Assembly (NCBI GenBank): GCA_041675045.1
Contig: JBAYUP010000001.1
Coordinates: 24,094-88,093, forward strand
Reading direction: 5' to 3'
DNA from: Minisyncoccota bacterium
GTDB lineage: Bacteria; Patescibacteriota; Minisyncoccia; Phycocordibacterales; UBA9973
DNA length: 64,000 nucleotides
Shown here one piece after another: positions 45,091 through 53,664 of this stretch. The notes beneath the pieces are model-generated. The model was not told the DNA's origin and did not search any database. It saw only the letters and a program-made list of their open reading frames with translations. Position 1 is the first letter of the stretch; every line of letters begins with the position of its first letter. The position numbers and the translations under genes are program-made.

Positions 45091-46101
45091 TTGTCATATA
45101 ATAAAAGGGTGAATACTCGCATTCTCGGAATACAGAATATCATCTTCGGACTTTTATTTGTCTGTGTGTTTTTTGGACTACAGGTACACGCTGAAGATAT
45201 CGCAAGTGCGGATATTGAGGTAAACGTAACGCCACAAAACCCTGAACCGTACCAAGACGTTACTGTTGATGTAGCAAGCTTTGCTACTGATATGAATACT
45301 GCATATATAGAATGGCTTGATGCGGGGAAAATTGTTCTCTCTGGAACAGGAAGGACAGCATACACAACAAAAACAGGTGGGCCAGATAGTCCTACAAACA
45401 TAACAGTCAGCGTAACTCCAGCAGGCGGGGGAGGAAAGGTTACAAAAAAGATTACTATTTACTCTTCGGATATTGAAGTATTCTGGGAAGCCATTGATGG
45501 ATATACTCCGCCATTTTACAGAGGAAAGTCTTTTTCTTCATCAGAAGGTAGAGTAAAAGTTGTTGCAATACCGAACACGACGACAGGAAAAGGAAAGACG
45601 GGAAACATTGCATACTCATGGAGAGAAAACGATACGGCCGTACCAAGTGCGGGTGGATACAAAAAAGATTCTTTTATATATCAAAACGATGTAATAAACT
45701 CAAGCGACTCAATCTCAGTAAGTGCATCATCGACTGACGGACTATACAACGCATCAAAAACTATTTCAATTCCCGTTGTAAAACCACAAATAATTTTCTA
45801 TAAAAAATCACCGAACACTGGGACAGAATATAGCCAAGCACTCTTTAATGAAAGTTCTCTTACTAATGAAGTAACGACCATCGTCGCAGAGCCTTACTTT
45901 TTGAACATACGAGGAGCAAGGTCTTCAGTGTACAACCATGACTGGGAAATAAACGGGGAAGCCGTTTCAACTCCATCACGATCACGCGAATTAACCATCA
46001 AAACAGAATCACAAGGTGGGTATGCAACAATTCGTCTCACCATAGAGGGGATTGATTCACTTTTCCAAAAAATAACTAATACTCTTAAAATAAATCTATG
46101 A
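45091..46101 (+). CDS. Secreted hypothetical protein with beta-rich Ig-like repeats (336 aa)
   Basis: Signal peptide IFGLLFVCVFFGLQVHA; repetitive beta-strand-like segments. Confidence 0.55.
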   Translation: MSYNKRVNTRILGIQNIIFGLLFVCVFFGLQVHAEDIASADIEVNVTPQNPEPYQDVTVDVASFATDMNTAYIEWLDAGKIVLSGTGRTAYTTKTGGPDSPTNITVSVTPAGGGGKVTKKITIYSSDIEVFWEAIDGYTPPFYRGKSFSSSEGRVKVVAIPNTTTGKGKTGNIAYSWRENDTAVPSAGGYKKDSFIYQNDVINSSDSISVSASSTDGLYNASKTISIPVVKPQIIFYKKSPNTGTEYSQALFNESSLTNEVTTIVAEPYFLNIRGARSSVYNHDWEINGEAVSTPSRSRELTIKTESQGGYATIRLTIEGIDSLFQKITNTLKINL

Positions 46102-47315
46102 GAAAAAAATACGTTATAAAAGTTGCACAGGTGCTCGTTCTCTTCTTGTGTGTAATACAATTCACGGGAATCACCACAGAACACGCAGGTGCTGCGGGGA
46201 AGTGGTATTACCAAAACCCATTTGCAACTGATGGTAAAACGTACTTCGGTCCATACGATACAAAAGAAGCGTGTGTTAATGGAGCAAAAGGTACATCATT
46301 TGTAAATTCATGTGTAGAAGATACAGGGAATATTCCTGCATCAAAAATACATTTTGTAGGAGTTCCAAATGATGGAACAACAGGAACACGTACATACACT
46401 CCACCCTCTTCAGATACAGACTACAAGCTCATAAGCCCTCAAACAGAGACCCCTGTATATAAAAAAACGTATCGATTACTTGCTCCAATTGGAGACCTAA
46501 CATGTATTGAGAATGGGGAGGGTGAGTCAAATCCTGGGTGTGTTACTGGAAATGTAGGTACTTATCTAAATATTATTTTTAGAATCGCCATTGGACTCGC
46601 AGCTGCTCTCGCAGTAGTGATGATTGTTGTATATTCTATTGCTTATATGGGCAATGAATCAGTTTTTGGCAAGAACGAAGCCAAAAGCAATATCCTCTCA
46701 TCAATCGGTGGACTTCTCATCGCACTTGGTGCATACGCCCTTCTCGCAAGCATTAATCCGGATCTCGTGGGAACAAGTGGAGCAACAATAGATCAAGTAG
46801 AAGCACAAGTAAGCCCCGATCAACCTCAAGTAGTTGGAAGTGGCGGAAAATATGTTGGTACTAATTATGTAAAAGGCCAGAGTTGGCCATCAGACAGTGT
46901 TGACCGTTTAACACTTTCCTCACTTGGTATTAATGTTAGTACTCCACCATGTACAACCGTCGGGCAAACAGGGTGTACAACGGTATTTCAACTTAATACT
47001 GCATTTGTCTCAAAGTTAAAAAATAACTGTAAAAATTGTGATATTGTCATCACCGAGGGAACAGGATTCTGGAAACATGCCGCAAGTACCAAGAAAATAC
47101 ACTATCCCGGGGGATGGACTGTTGACCTAAGAAAAACAACAACCTTGACTAATTACATACACAGCTTGCCTAAAGTACATAAAGCAAAATGGTTCAAAGG
47201 GGCAGGAGCAAACTGTTACTCAACTAGAGATGGACTTGGTATTATTGAAGAAGAAGACCATTTCCACGCATTTAGTTTGACGGGTCAATGTAACGCAAAT
47301 AAACAAGGAATGTAA
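46098..47315 (+). CDS. Membrane protein with a signal peptide, a Cys-pair N-domain, a two-helix hydrophobic hairpin and a Cys-pair C-domain (405 aa); possible VirB2/TrbC-pilin-like or VirB8-like component
   Basis: Central hairpin LNIIFRIAIGLAAALAVVMIVVYSIAYM ... ILSSIGGLLIALGAYALLASI resembles a pilin-type two-helix core. The assignment is speculative. Confidence 0.45.
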   Translation: MRKKYVIKVAQVLVLFLCVIQFTGITTEHAGAAGKWYYQNPFATDGKTYFGPYDTKEACVNGAKGTSFVNSCVEDTGNIPASKIHFVGVPNDGTTGTRTYTPPSSDTDYKLISPQTETPVYKKTYRLLAPIGDLTCIENGEGESNPGCVTGNVGTYLNIIFRIAIGLAAALAVVMIVVYSIAYMGNESVFGKNEAKSNILSSIGGLLIALGAYALLASINPDLVGTSGATIDQVEAQVSPDQPQVVGSGGKYVGTNYVKGQSWPSDSVDRLTLSSLGINVSTPPCTTVGQTGCTTVFQLNTAFVSKLKNNCKNCDIVITEGTGFWKHAASTKKIHYPGGWTVDLRKTTTLTNYIHSLPKVHKAKWFKGAGANCYSTRDGLGIIEEEDHFHAFSLTGQCNANKQGM

Positions 47316-47316
47316 T

Positions 47317-48579
47317 ATGCCACGAAAAACCCTTATCATTTTTATAATAGCTTTTATCCTCGCTGGACTTATTGGCTGGGGTGTATATTCATACCTGACA
47401 GCTCCAACACAAACAGTGGGCACAGAAGAATCTGGTACAGGGGGATTCCTATCTTTTCTTAACCCATTCGCAAAAGACAGCTCTCAAACAGGAAATGGAA
47501 GTGATTTACTTGGGGGTGGAAACGGCACCCAAGAAACATCATCTCCATTCAGAAAGATTACCGAGTTCGCAGTTGCTGGAGGAATATTTCTTAATGACAC
47601 ACGAAGTGTTGCTATACCTGAAACAATAGATGCCTCTGGTACAGTGATTCCCCAAACTGAAACATTTGAAGTTGCGCCATCGCTTCGATATGTTGATAAA
47701 ACAACAGGACATATTAACCAAATGTATCTTGATACAAAAATCGCCGGCAAAATTTCAAACGTAACAATTCCCGCAATTCATGAAGTAATCTTCGGCAATA
47801 ACGCCCGCACGGCTATTTATAGATACCTTGATCAAGATGGAGCAACTATCAACAGTTTTATGGCGACACTGGGAGCAGAAGCAGGGGAATTCCTCCAAGA
47901 TAATATCGTGGATATAAGCATCTCTCCTGATGGAACAAAAATATTCTACCTTGTAAAAGATTCATCTGGAATTAAAGGATTTATTCGAGGATTTGAAGAA
48001 ACAAAAACAACACAGATATGGACATCATCATATAGTGAATGGGTTTCCCAATGGGCAACACCAAATACTATCTTTCTCACAACAAAATCATCAGGATATA
48101 TTGACGGTGCAGTGTTTTCTCTTGATGTGACAAAAGGAACATTTAAAAAAATCCTAGGAGGCGTACGAGGGCTCACCACACTCGTTGACCCAACAGGCAC
48201 ACGATTGCTTTATGGAGTTAACACTGACCTTGGAATGAAAATGGGAATACTAAACATCACAGAAAAAACAGTTGTTGACCTCAACGTAAATGGCTTACCA
48301 GAAAAATGTTTGTGGAATAAGAGTGGTACAAATTTTTATTGTGCAGTACCAGAGTCAATGACGGGGGGAGTATATCCTGACGTATGGTACCAAGGCGTAG
48401 CATCATTTAATGATCGTTTTATAAAGGGTAACGCCTTCTCTGGAGAACTCATTTATTTTGCTGATTCAAACAACGACACTCTTGTAGACGCAACAAAACT
48501 TTCTTTTGATATAAGCGAAAAAACACTCTTCTTCATAAACAAAAAGGACTCCACATTGTGGGCCCTTTTGGTTGAGTAA
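47317..48579 (+). CDS. N-terminally anchored periplasmic protein with beta-propeller-like repeats (420 aa)
   Basis: Transmembrane helix LIIFIIAFILAGLIGWGVYSYL; repeated ..DGTK.FY.. and ..DG.. strand motifs reminiscent of TolB-like propellers. Confidence 0.5.
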   Translation: MPRKTLIIFIIAFILAGLIGWGVYSYLTAPTQTVGTEESGTGGFLSFLNPFAKDSSQTGNGSDLLGGGNGTQETSSPFRKITEFAVAGGIFLNDTRSVAIPETIDASGTVIPQTETFEVAPSLRYVDKTTGHINQMYLDTKIAGKISNVTIPAIHEVIFGNNARTAIYRYLDQDGATINSFMATLGAEAGEFLQDNIVDISISPDGTKIFYLVKDSSGIKGFIRGFEETKTTQIWTSSYSEWVSQWATPNTIFLTTKSSGYIDGAVFSLDVTKGTFKKILGGVRGLTTLVDPTGTRLLYGVNTDLGMKMGILNITEKTVVDLNVNGLPEKCLWNKSGTNFYCAVPESMTGGVYPDVWYQGVASFNDRFIKGNAFSGELIYFADSNNDTLVDATKLSFDISEKTLFFINKKDSTLWALLVE

Positions 48580-48587
48580 TTTAAATT

Positions 48588-49052
48588 TTATTCTCCAATA
48601 TATTTGATAACTACTTTTCGATTCGGACCATACCCTTCGGACTCAGTCTTGATATCTTTTGCGTTTTCAAGGAAGAGGTGAACGATTCTTCGTTCATGAG
48701 CTGGCATTGGGTCAATTTCAATATTGCTTTTAAAATATCGGGCTCGTTCAGCCATCATGTGAGCAACTGTCTTTAGATTATCAAATTGTTTTTTCTGATA
48801 CCCATTCACATCAACAAAAAGTTTCGCAGTTGATTCTTCTTCTCCACCATTTGTTTTCTCAAGAATCTTTCGAACAAGATAATTAAGGGAACGAAGAGTC
48901 TCACCATCACGACCAATAATAAATCGAGAATCAGGAGTAGTAATCATACACCAAAGCATACCGTTTTCTTCAGAAAATTCGCATGATGAAAGCTCACACG
49001 CTGTGTGACGGAAAATATCTTCAATAACCGTTTGGATTGCTTTCTCATTCAT
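48588..49052 (-). CDS. jag: Jag/KhpB-like RNA-binding protein (KH plus R3H domains)
   Basis: KH motif IIGRDGETLRSLNYLV and R3H motif ..ERRIVH..., adjacent to yidC as in the conserved oriC-region cluster. Confidence 0.8.
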   Translation of the reverse strand: MNEKAIQTVIEDIFRHTACELSSCEFSEENGMLWCMITTPDSRFIIGRDGETLRSLNYLVRKILEKTNGGEEESTAKLFVDVNGYQKKQFDNLKTVAHMMAERARYFKSNIEIDPMPAHERRIVHLFLENAKDIKTESEGYGPNRKVVIKYIGE

Positions 49053-49058
49053 ACTAAT

Positions 49059-49790
49059 TTATGCCAATGTACGGCGAACGTGCCATTCCTGAATAATAGT
49101 GAATATATTACTGATAATCCAATAAAGCGCAATAGCAGCTGAGATTTGGTAGGCGATAAAGGCAACAAACACTGGTAATACATACCGCACATTTAATTGC
49201 ATACTATCAGCAAGCTGTTCTTGGAATGTCTTTGGTTCTTCCTGGGCCTGCTCAGTTACAACCTCAACCTTCTTTGGTTTCAAAGGAGCCGCGAGTTTAC
49301 CCTGGATAAACTGTGAGATACCAGCCAATAGCGCAAAAACAATGCTCTTGCCATGCAAATCAACCAAACCGAGGAAATGTGTATTTATGTTTTCTGGAGC
49401 ACTAATAAATGAATAGAGTGGTGTAACATCAAATGATAGTCCTTTATAAAAAACATAATACAGTGCAAAAATAACTGGTAGTTGAAGCAAAATAACAAGA
49501 CATCCTGAAAAAGGATTTACGTTGTATTTTTTATATAATTCAAAGGTTTTTTTCGCTTGTTCTTCTTTATTTGGGAATTCCTTTTTGAGCGCTTTTAATT
49601 CTGGCTCAATACGCTTCATTAAAACCTGACTACGTATAGACTTTTTTGTTAAAGGGGAGAGTAAAAACTTAATAAAAATTGTTAAAATAATAATAGCAAA
49701 ACCAATATCTCCAAATGTAACCTTATCTACAATAAAAATAAGAGTATTGTAGATTGGCTCATAGAAAAATGTATTCCATAGTGATGACAT
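49059..49790 (-). CDS. yidC: Membrane protein insertase YidC (short Oxa1-type form)
   Basis: 243 aa with 5 transmembrane helices, the conserved ..NPFSGCLVILLQLPVIFALY.. core, and synteny with yidD-rnpA-rpmH. Confidence 0.85.
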   Translation of the reverse strand: MSSLWNTFFYEPIYNTLIFIVDKVTFGDIGFAIIILTIFIKFLLSPLTKKSIRSQVLMKRIEPELKALKKEFPNKEEQAKKTFELYKKYNVNPFSGCLVILLQLPVIFALYYVFYKGLSFDVTPLYSFISAPENINTHFLGLVDLHGKSIVFALLAGISQFIQGKLAAPLKPKKVEVVTEQAQEEPKTFQEQLADSMQLNVRYVLPVFVAFIAYQISAAIALYWIISNIFTIIQEWHVRRTLA

Positions 49791-49860
49791 TTTTTCATTG
49801 TATAGTAAAAAACCCCTTAAAGAAAGGGTTGATTTTATTTAAATCCATTGTCATCGCTTG

Positions 49861-50067
49861 CTACAAGAGGGGATCAAAACGATTTTTCTGCCAAGGGTGG
49901 CAACGAAAAATTCTTCGTATACTCAAAGCAAATCCTTTTAAAAATCCATATTTTATAAAGGCTTCTTTGGAATACTCAGAACATGTGGGGATAAAAACAC
50001 ACGCAGAGTGCGCCCTTGAAGGAGTTTTTTGATATAGAGTTATTAGAAAAATAGCTATATTTTTCAT
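49861..50067 (-). CDS. yidD: Membrane protein insertion efficiency factor YidD
   Basis: CVFIPTCSEYSKEAFIKYG....RIFRCHPW..G.DPL matches the YidD signature (C..PSCSEY...RCHP..GG.DP). Confidence 0.8.
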   Translation of the reverse strand: MKNIAIFLITLYQKTPSRAHSACVFIPTCSEYSKEAFIKYGFLKGFALSIRRIFRCHPWQKNRFDPLL

Positions 50068-50070
50068 CGG

Positions 50071-50400
50071 TTATTTCACAAAATGAGCTTTTTGAAGGAG
50101 ATTAGTAATTTCTTTTGTTATTTCAGAGAAATCTACGGTTTTGGCCTCTTTTTTAAAGAAAAAAATACCAGAAAGAGAAGGGAGGGTGATGTTTTTACGA
50201 AGCGCATTATAACCTTTTCTTCGAAGGCTATTCCGGTCATGCGCCTTTTTAAAAACGGCTTTTGGCACAACACATGCATAACGCGGGCCAGCATTATCAG
50301 CCAAAAAACGAAAAGAAAAAAGCGGGGAATGGACTGTTTTTCCGTCTTTCATAATAGACATAAACACATCCTTGGTAACCCGCTTTTTCTTTTGGAGCAT
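50071..50400 (-). CDS. rnpA: Ribonuclease P protein component RnpA
   Basis: 109 aa, basic, with the RNR-like motif ..HDRNSLRRKGYNALR... Start moved to the ATG at 50400; the longer six-frame ORF to 50493 overlaps rpmH out of frame. Confidence 0.8.
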   Translation of the reverse strand: MLQKKKRVTKDVFMSIMKDGKTVHSPLFSFRFLADNAGPRYACVVPKAVFKKAHDRNSLRRKGYNALRKNITLPSLSGIFFFKKEAKTVDFSEITKEITNLLQKAHFVK

Positions 50401-50413
50401 TGATTTATATAGT

Positions 50414-50554
50414 TTATTTAGCGATTGAGACCTTTTTTCGACCCTTTGCTCTCCGTCGAGCAGTAACCTTTCGGCCACCAGGAGTCTTGGCACGAGAAAG
50501 AAAACCGTGTGTTTTCGCTCGTTTTCGCTTGTTTGGATTATATGTTTGAGACAT
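50414..50554 (-). CDS. rpmH: 50S ribosomal protein L34
   Basis: The hand translation [46 protein letters not shown] is an unmistakable L34. It is 46 aa, below the 60-aa cut-off of the ORF track. Confidence 0.9.
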   Translation of the reverse strand: MSQTYNPNKRKRAKTHGFLSRAKTPGGRKVTARRRAKGRKKVSIAK

Positions 50555-50727
50555 ACGAAGAATATATACTATAATCGCTTATTATGCAATGCTTTTCAGC
50601 TAATTCTATTATCCACAGGTTATAAACAGGGTAATCCAGATGTTTGATTACAGGGACTTTTTAAATCAGAGTATACTGTAGTGTACAAAAGAAATTTTAG
50701 AAAATTATCACTTAACATACTAACAGG
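50555..50727. promoter_or_regulatory. oriC-region intergenic between rpmH and dnaA, with a perfect DnaA box TTATCCACA at 50609-50617
   Basis: Consensus 9-mer seen directly. A degenerate box lies nearby (GGTAATCCAGA). The rpmH-dnaA intergenic is a classic oriC location. Confidence 0.6.
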
Positions 50728-52080
50728 ATGAACACAAAAGAACTTTGGAATAACTGCCTTTCTGAAATTGAAACAAGTATTTCAAAAGCAAACTTTACAA
50801 CATGGTTTAAAAACACCTCTATCGCAAAAGAAGATGGGGGAATACTCTACATCGGTGTTCCAAATGAGTTCGTTAAAGATTGGTTATACAACAAGTTTCA
50901 TAAACTTATTTTAAAAACCCTCATGAATTATGAAGAGGGAGTTCGTGGTATTGAATATGTAATTCATAAACATGATGGAAAAGAAAGATCAACAGAAAAC
51001 GATGTCTCCAAAATTGTTCTTGGTCTAAACAAAGAATTACCATTAAACGACCTCTATACAAACAAAGACGATAACCTTAACCCTAAATACAACTTTAATT
51101 CATTTATTGTTGGGCCGTTTAACGAGCTTGCATACGCTGTTGCACAAGCAATTATTACTAACCCTGGCACAAGTTACAACCCATTTTTTGTATATGGGGG
51201 AACAGGGCTTGGTAAAACACACATGATTCAAGCGATTGGAAACACAATCAAAGTAAAACATCCATCAAAAAAAATATATTATGTGAGTCTGGAAAAATTC
51301 ACCATTGACTATGTTAATTCAATCCAAAACAAAAACCCAAACTCATTCAAAGAAAAATATAGAAAATACGATGCAATCATTATAGATGATATTCAGTTCA
51401 TTACAGGAAAAGACAAAACACAAGAAGAATTGTTTCATCTTTTTAATATTTTCTATGAAAACAATAAGCAAATTATCTTTTCATCTGATAAACACCCTAA
51501 TTTTATTCAAGGATTAGAAGAGCGCCTCCAGTCACGATTTGCATCAGGTATGACCGTACAAATAACTGAACCAGACTATGAATCAAGAATAGCTATAATT
51601 AAAGCTAAGTTTGAACAAACAAACTGTTTAATAGAACAAGAGGTCATTGAATATCTCGCGGAAGCCCTTGAAGGAAATATCCGAGAATTAGAGGGAAGTC
51701 TTAATTCTGTTGTAATGCAATCACAACTAAAAAACAAAGCGCTCTCTATTACAGAAGTAAAAACACTTATAAAAAATAACATTAAACCGAAGAAAACTGT
51801 TGCAATTAAAGATGTTGTTGTTGTAATTGCTGAATATTACAATATTCCAGAAAGTGTTATTTATGAAAAAACTCGCCGAAAAGAGATTGTTCATGCACGT
51901 CAGGTTGCAATGTATATCCTCCGTGAAGACTTTAACATCTCGTATCCACTGATTGGTCAGAAAATGGGTGGTAGAGACCACACAACAGTAATTCATTCCC
52001 ATCTGAAGATAAAAGACGACCTCAAAACAGACCCTTCACTTCTTCAAGAAATCGAAAAAATTAGAATTTTGTTTAAATAG
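50728..52080 (+). CDS. dnaA: Chromosomal replication initiator DnaA
   Basis: AAA+ Walker A GGTGLGKTHMIQAIGN, Walker B IIDDIQF, and a C-terminal DNA-binding domain (..HTTVIHSHLKIKDDL..). Confidence 0.95.
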   Translation: MNTKELWNNCLSEIETSISKANFTTWFKNTSIAKEDGGILYIGVPNEFVKDWLYNKFHKLILKTLMNYEEGVRGIEYVIHKHDGKERSTENDVSKIVLGLNKELPLNDLYTNKDDNLNPKYNFNSFIVGPFNELAYAVAQAIITNPGTSYNPFFVYGGTGLGKTHMIQAIGNTIKVKHPSKKIYYVSLEKFTIDYVNSIQNKNPNSFKEKYRKYDAIIIDDIQFITGKDKTQEELFHLFNIFYENNKQIIFSSDKHPNFIQGLEERLQSRFASGMTVQITEPDYESRIAIIKAKFEQTNCLIEQEVIEYLAEALEGNIRELEGSLNSVVMQSQLKNKALSITEVKTLIKNNIKPKKTVAIKDVVVVIAEYYNIPESVIYEKTRRKEIVHARQVAMYILREDFNISYPLIGQKMGGRDHTTVIHSHLKIKDDLKTDPSLLQEIEKIRILFK

Positions 52081-52292
52081 AAAAAGTGCCTGTGGAAAAA
52101 GAAAGAATTATATGTGAATAAATTGTTTATAAGCTCTCAAGAAAAAGATATCCATGAGTAATCCACAAACAACTTATTTTAAGTTTTACATAATGACCCA
52201 AAACAGCTTACAAAATAACAACCAAAAGTAATCCACATATCCCCAGGACTAATAGTAGTAATAATGTATTTAATAAATAATAATAAACATAT
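52081..52292. promoter_or_regulatory. dnaA-dnaN intergenic with DnaA-box-like 9-mers (TAATCCACA at 52159-52167 and 52229-52237; TGTGGAAAA at 52091-52099) and an AT-rich putative unwinding stretch at 52255-52290
   Basis: One-mismatch boxes on both strands plus AATAATGTATTTAATAAATAATAATAAACATAT directly before dnaN. Confidence 0.55.
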
Positions 52293-53390
52293 ATGAAAGT
52301 AGAATGCTCCATAGAAAAAATAAAATCAGCACTCACACTCGTTGAACGCCTCACTGGTAAAAATTTAACTCTTCCTGTTTTAGGTTCTGTTCTTTGGGTT
52401 GCTACTGACAAGGTATTAAAATTAAGATCAACAAACCTTAGTATTGGTATAGAAGTTCGCATACCTGCAAAAATAGAGAAAGAAGGCATCGTTGCTATTC
52501 GAGGGGATGTTCTTTCTTCACTCTTCTCAATTTTTTCTGGTGATTCAAAATCAACATTCGAGTTAGTAAATGACAATCTTCTTGTTAAAACAAAAACAAG
52601 TACTATTTTATTAAAAAGTATTCCACATGATGATTTCCCAACTATTCCACTTCTTTCTGGGGAAGACATTACACTACCAGCACATAAAATAATTGAAGGA
52701 ATGCGGTCTGTTGTGTATGCTGCTTCTGTTTCAGAAGTTAAACCCGAAATTGGGAGTGTATATATTTATCCAGAAGATGATACTCTTGTTTTTGTTTCAA
52801 CAGATTCGTTTCGTTTAGCAGAGAAAAAAATAAAAATAAAACAAAAGCTTTCTTTTGATGGGATACTCATTCCACTTAAGAATGCAGTTGAAATTATAAA
52901 AGTTTTTGACCATATTGAAGATGATGTTGTTGTTACTCTTCAGAAAAATCAAATATCATTTACAACAGAAAACATATACCTAACCTCTCGAGTTGTTGAT
53001 GGTGCCTTCCCTGATTACAAACAAATAATTCCTAAAAAATCTACAACAAAAGCAACAATCTTGAAACAAGACTTTATTTCATCTCTTAAGATTTCGAATA
53101 TTTTTTCAGATAAGTTTAATCAAATAACAATAACGGTTGATCCTGAAGAAAAAGTTTTTGAAGTAGAGGCAAAAAATACTGATATTGGGGAAAATACAAC
53201 CTTTGTTGCGGGGTCGTTTTCTGGAGAATCAGTTTCAGCTAATTTTAATTATCGCTATATTGTGGATTGTTTCCCTTCGCTTTCTGGGGATAGTATTGCT
53301 CTTGAATTAAACGGCAGTAATAAACCAATGATAATTCGTCCAGTGGGGGATGTTTCTTTTATGTATCTTGTAATGCCAATGAATAGATAA
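52293..53390 (+). CDS. dnaN: DNA polymerase III beta sliding clamp
   Basis: 365 aa with a three-domain clamp pattern; N-terminus MKVECSIEKIKSALTLVERLTGKNLTLPVLGSVL is typical. Confidence 0.9.
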   Translation: MKVECSIEKIKSALTLVERLTGKNLTLPVLGSVLWVATDKVLKLRSTNLSIGIEVRIPAKIEKEGIVAIRGDVLSSLFSIFSGDSKSTFELVNDNLLVKTKTSTILLKSIPHDDFPTIPLLSGEDITLPAHKIIEGMRSVVYAASVSEVKPEIGSVYIYPEDDTLVFVSTDSFRLAEKKIKIKQKLSFDGILIPLKNAVEIIKVFDHIEDDVVVTLQKNQISFTTENIYLTSRVVDGAFPDYKQIIPKKSTTKATILKQDFISSLKISNIFSDKFNQITITVDPEEKVFEVEAKNTDIGENTTFVAGSFSGESVSANFNYRYIVDCFPSLSGDSIALELNGSNKPMIIRPVGDVSFMYLVMPMNR

Positions 53391-53397
53391 AATTCAA

Positions 53398-53664
53398 ATG
53401 GATTATGAACATATAACACAATTTCTCTCAAAGTTTAAAAAATTTCTCTCTGATGATGAGGACGTAAAAAAACGTATCGCCACAGTGATAAGTAAACATA
53501 TTTCTTTTGAGATTGATCCAAAAATAATAAAGCTACACAAAACAACAATTTCTATTTTAGGGTCACCAACACTCAGAAATGAAATTTTTATACACGAACA
53601 AGGTATTCTTTCTGATATAAAAGAAATAGTACCAGAGCGAGTATTTTTAAAAATTTCACGCTAG
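53398..53664 (+). CDS. Small protein (88 aa), possibly DUF721/DciA-like
   Basis: Position directly after dnaN and the pattern ..KLHKTTISILGSPTLRNEIFIHEQGILSDIKEI resemble DUF721 proteins. Weak. Confidence 0.35.
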   Translation: MDYEHITQFLSKFKKFLSDDEDVKKRIATVISKHISFEIDPKIIKLHKTTISILGSPTLRNEIFIHEQGILSDIKEIVPERVFLKISR

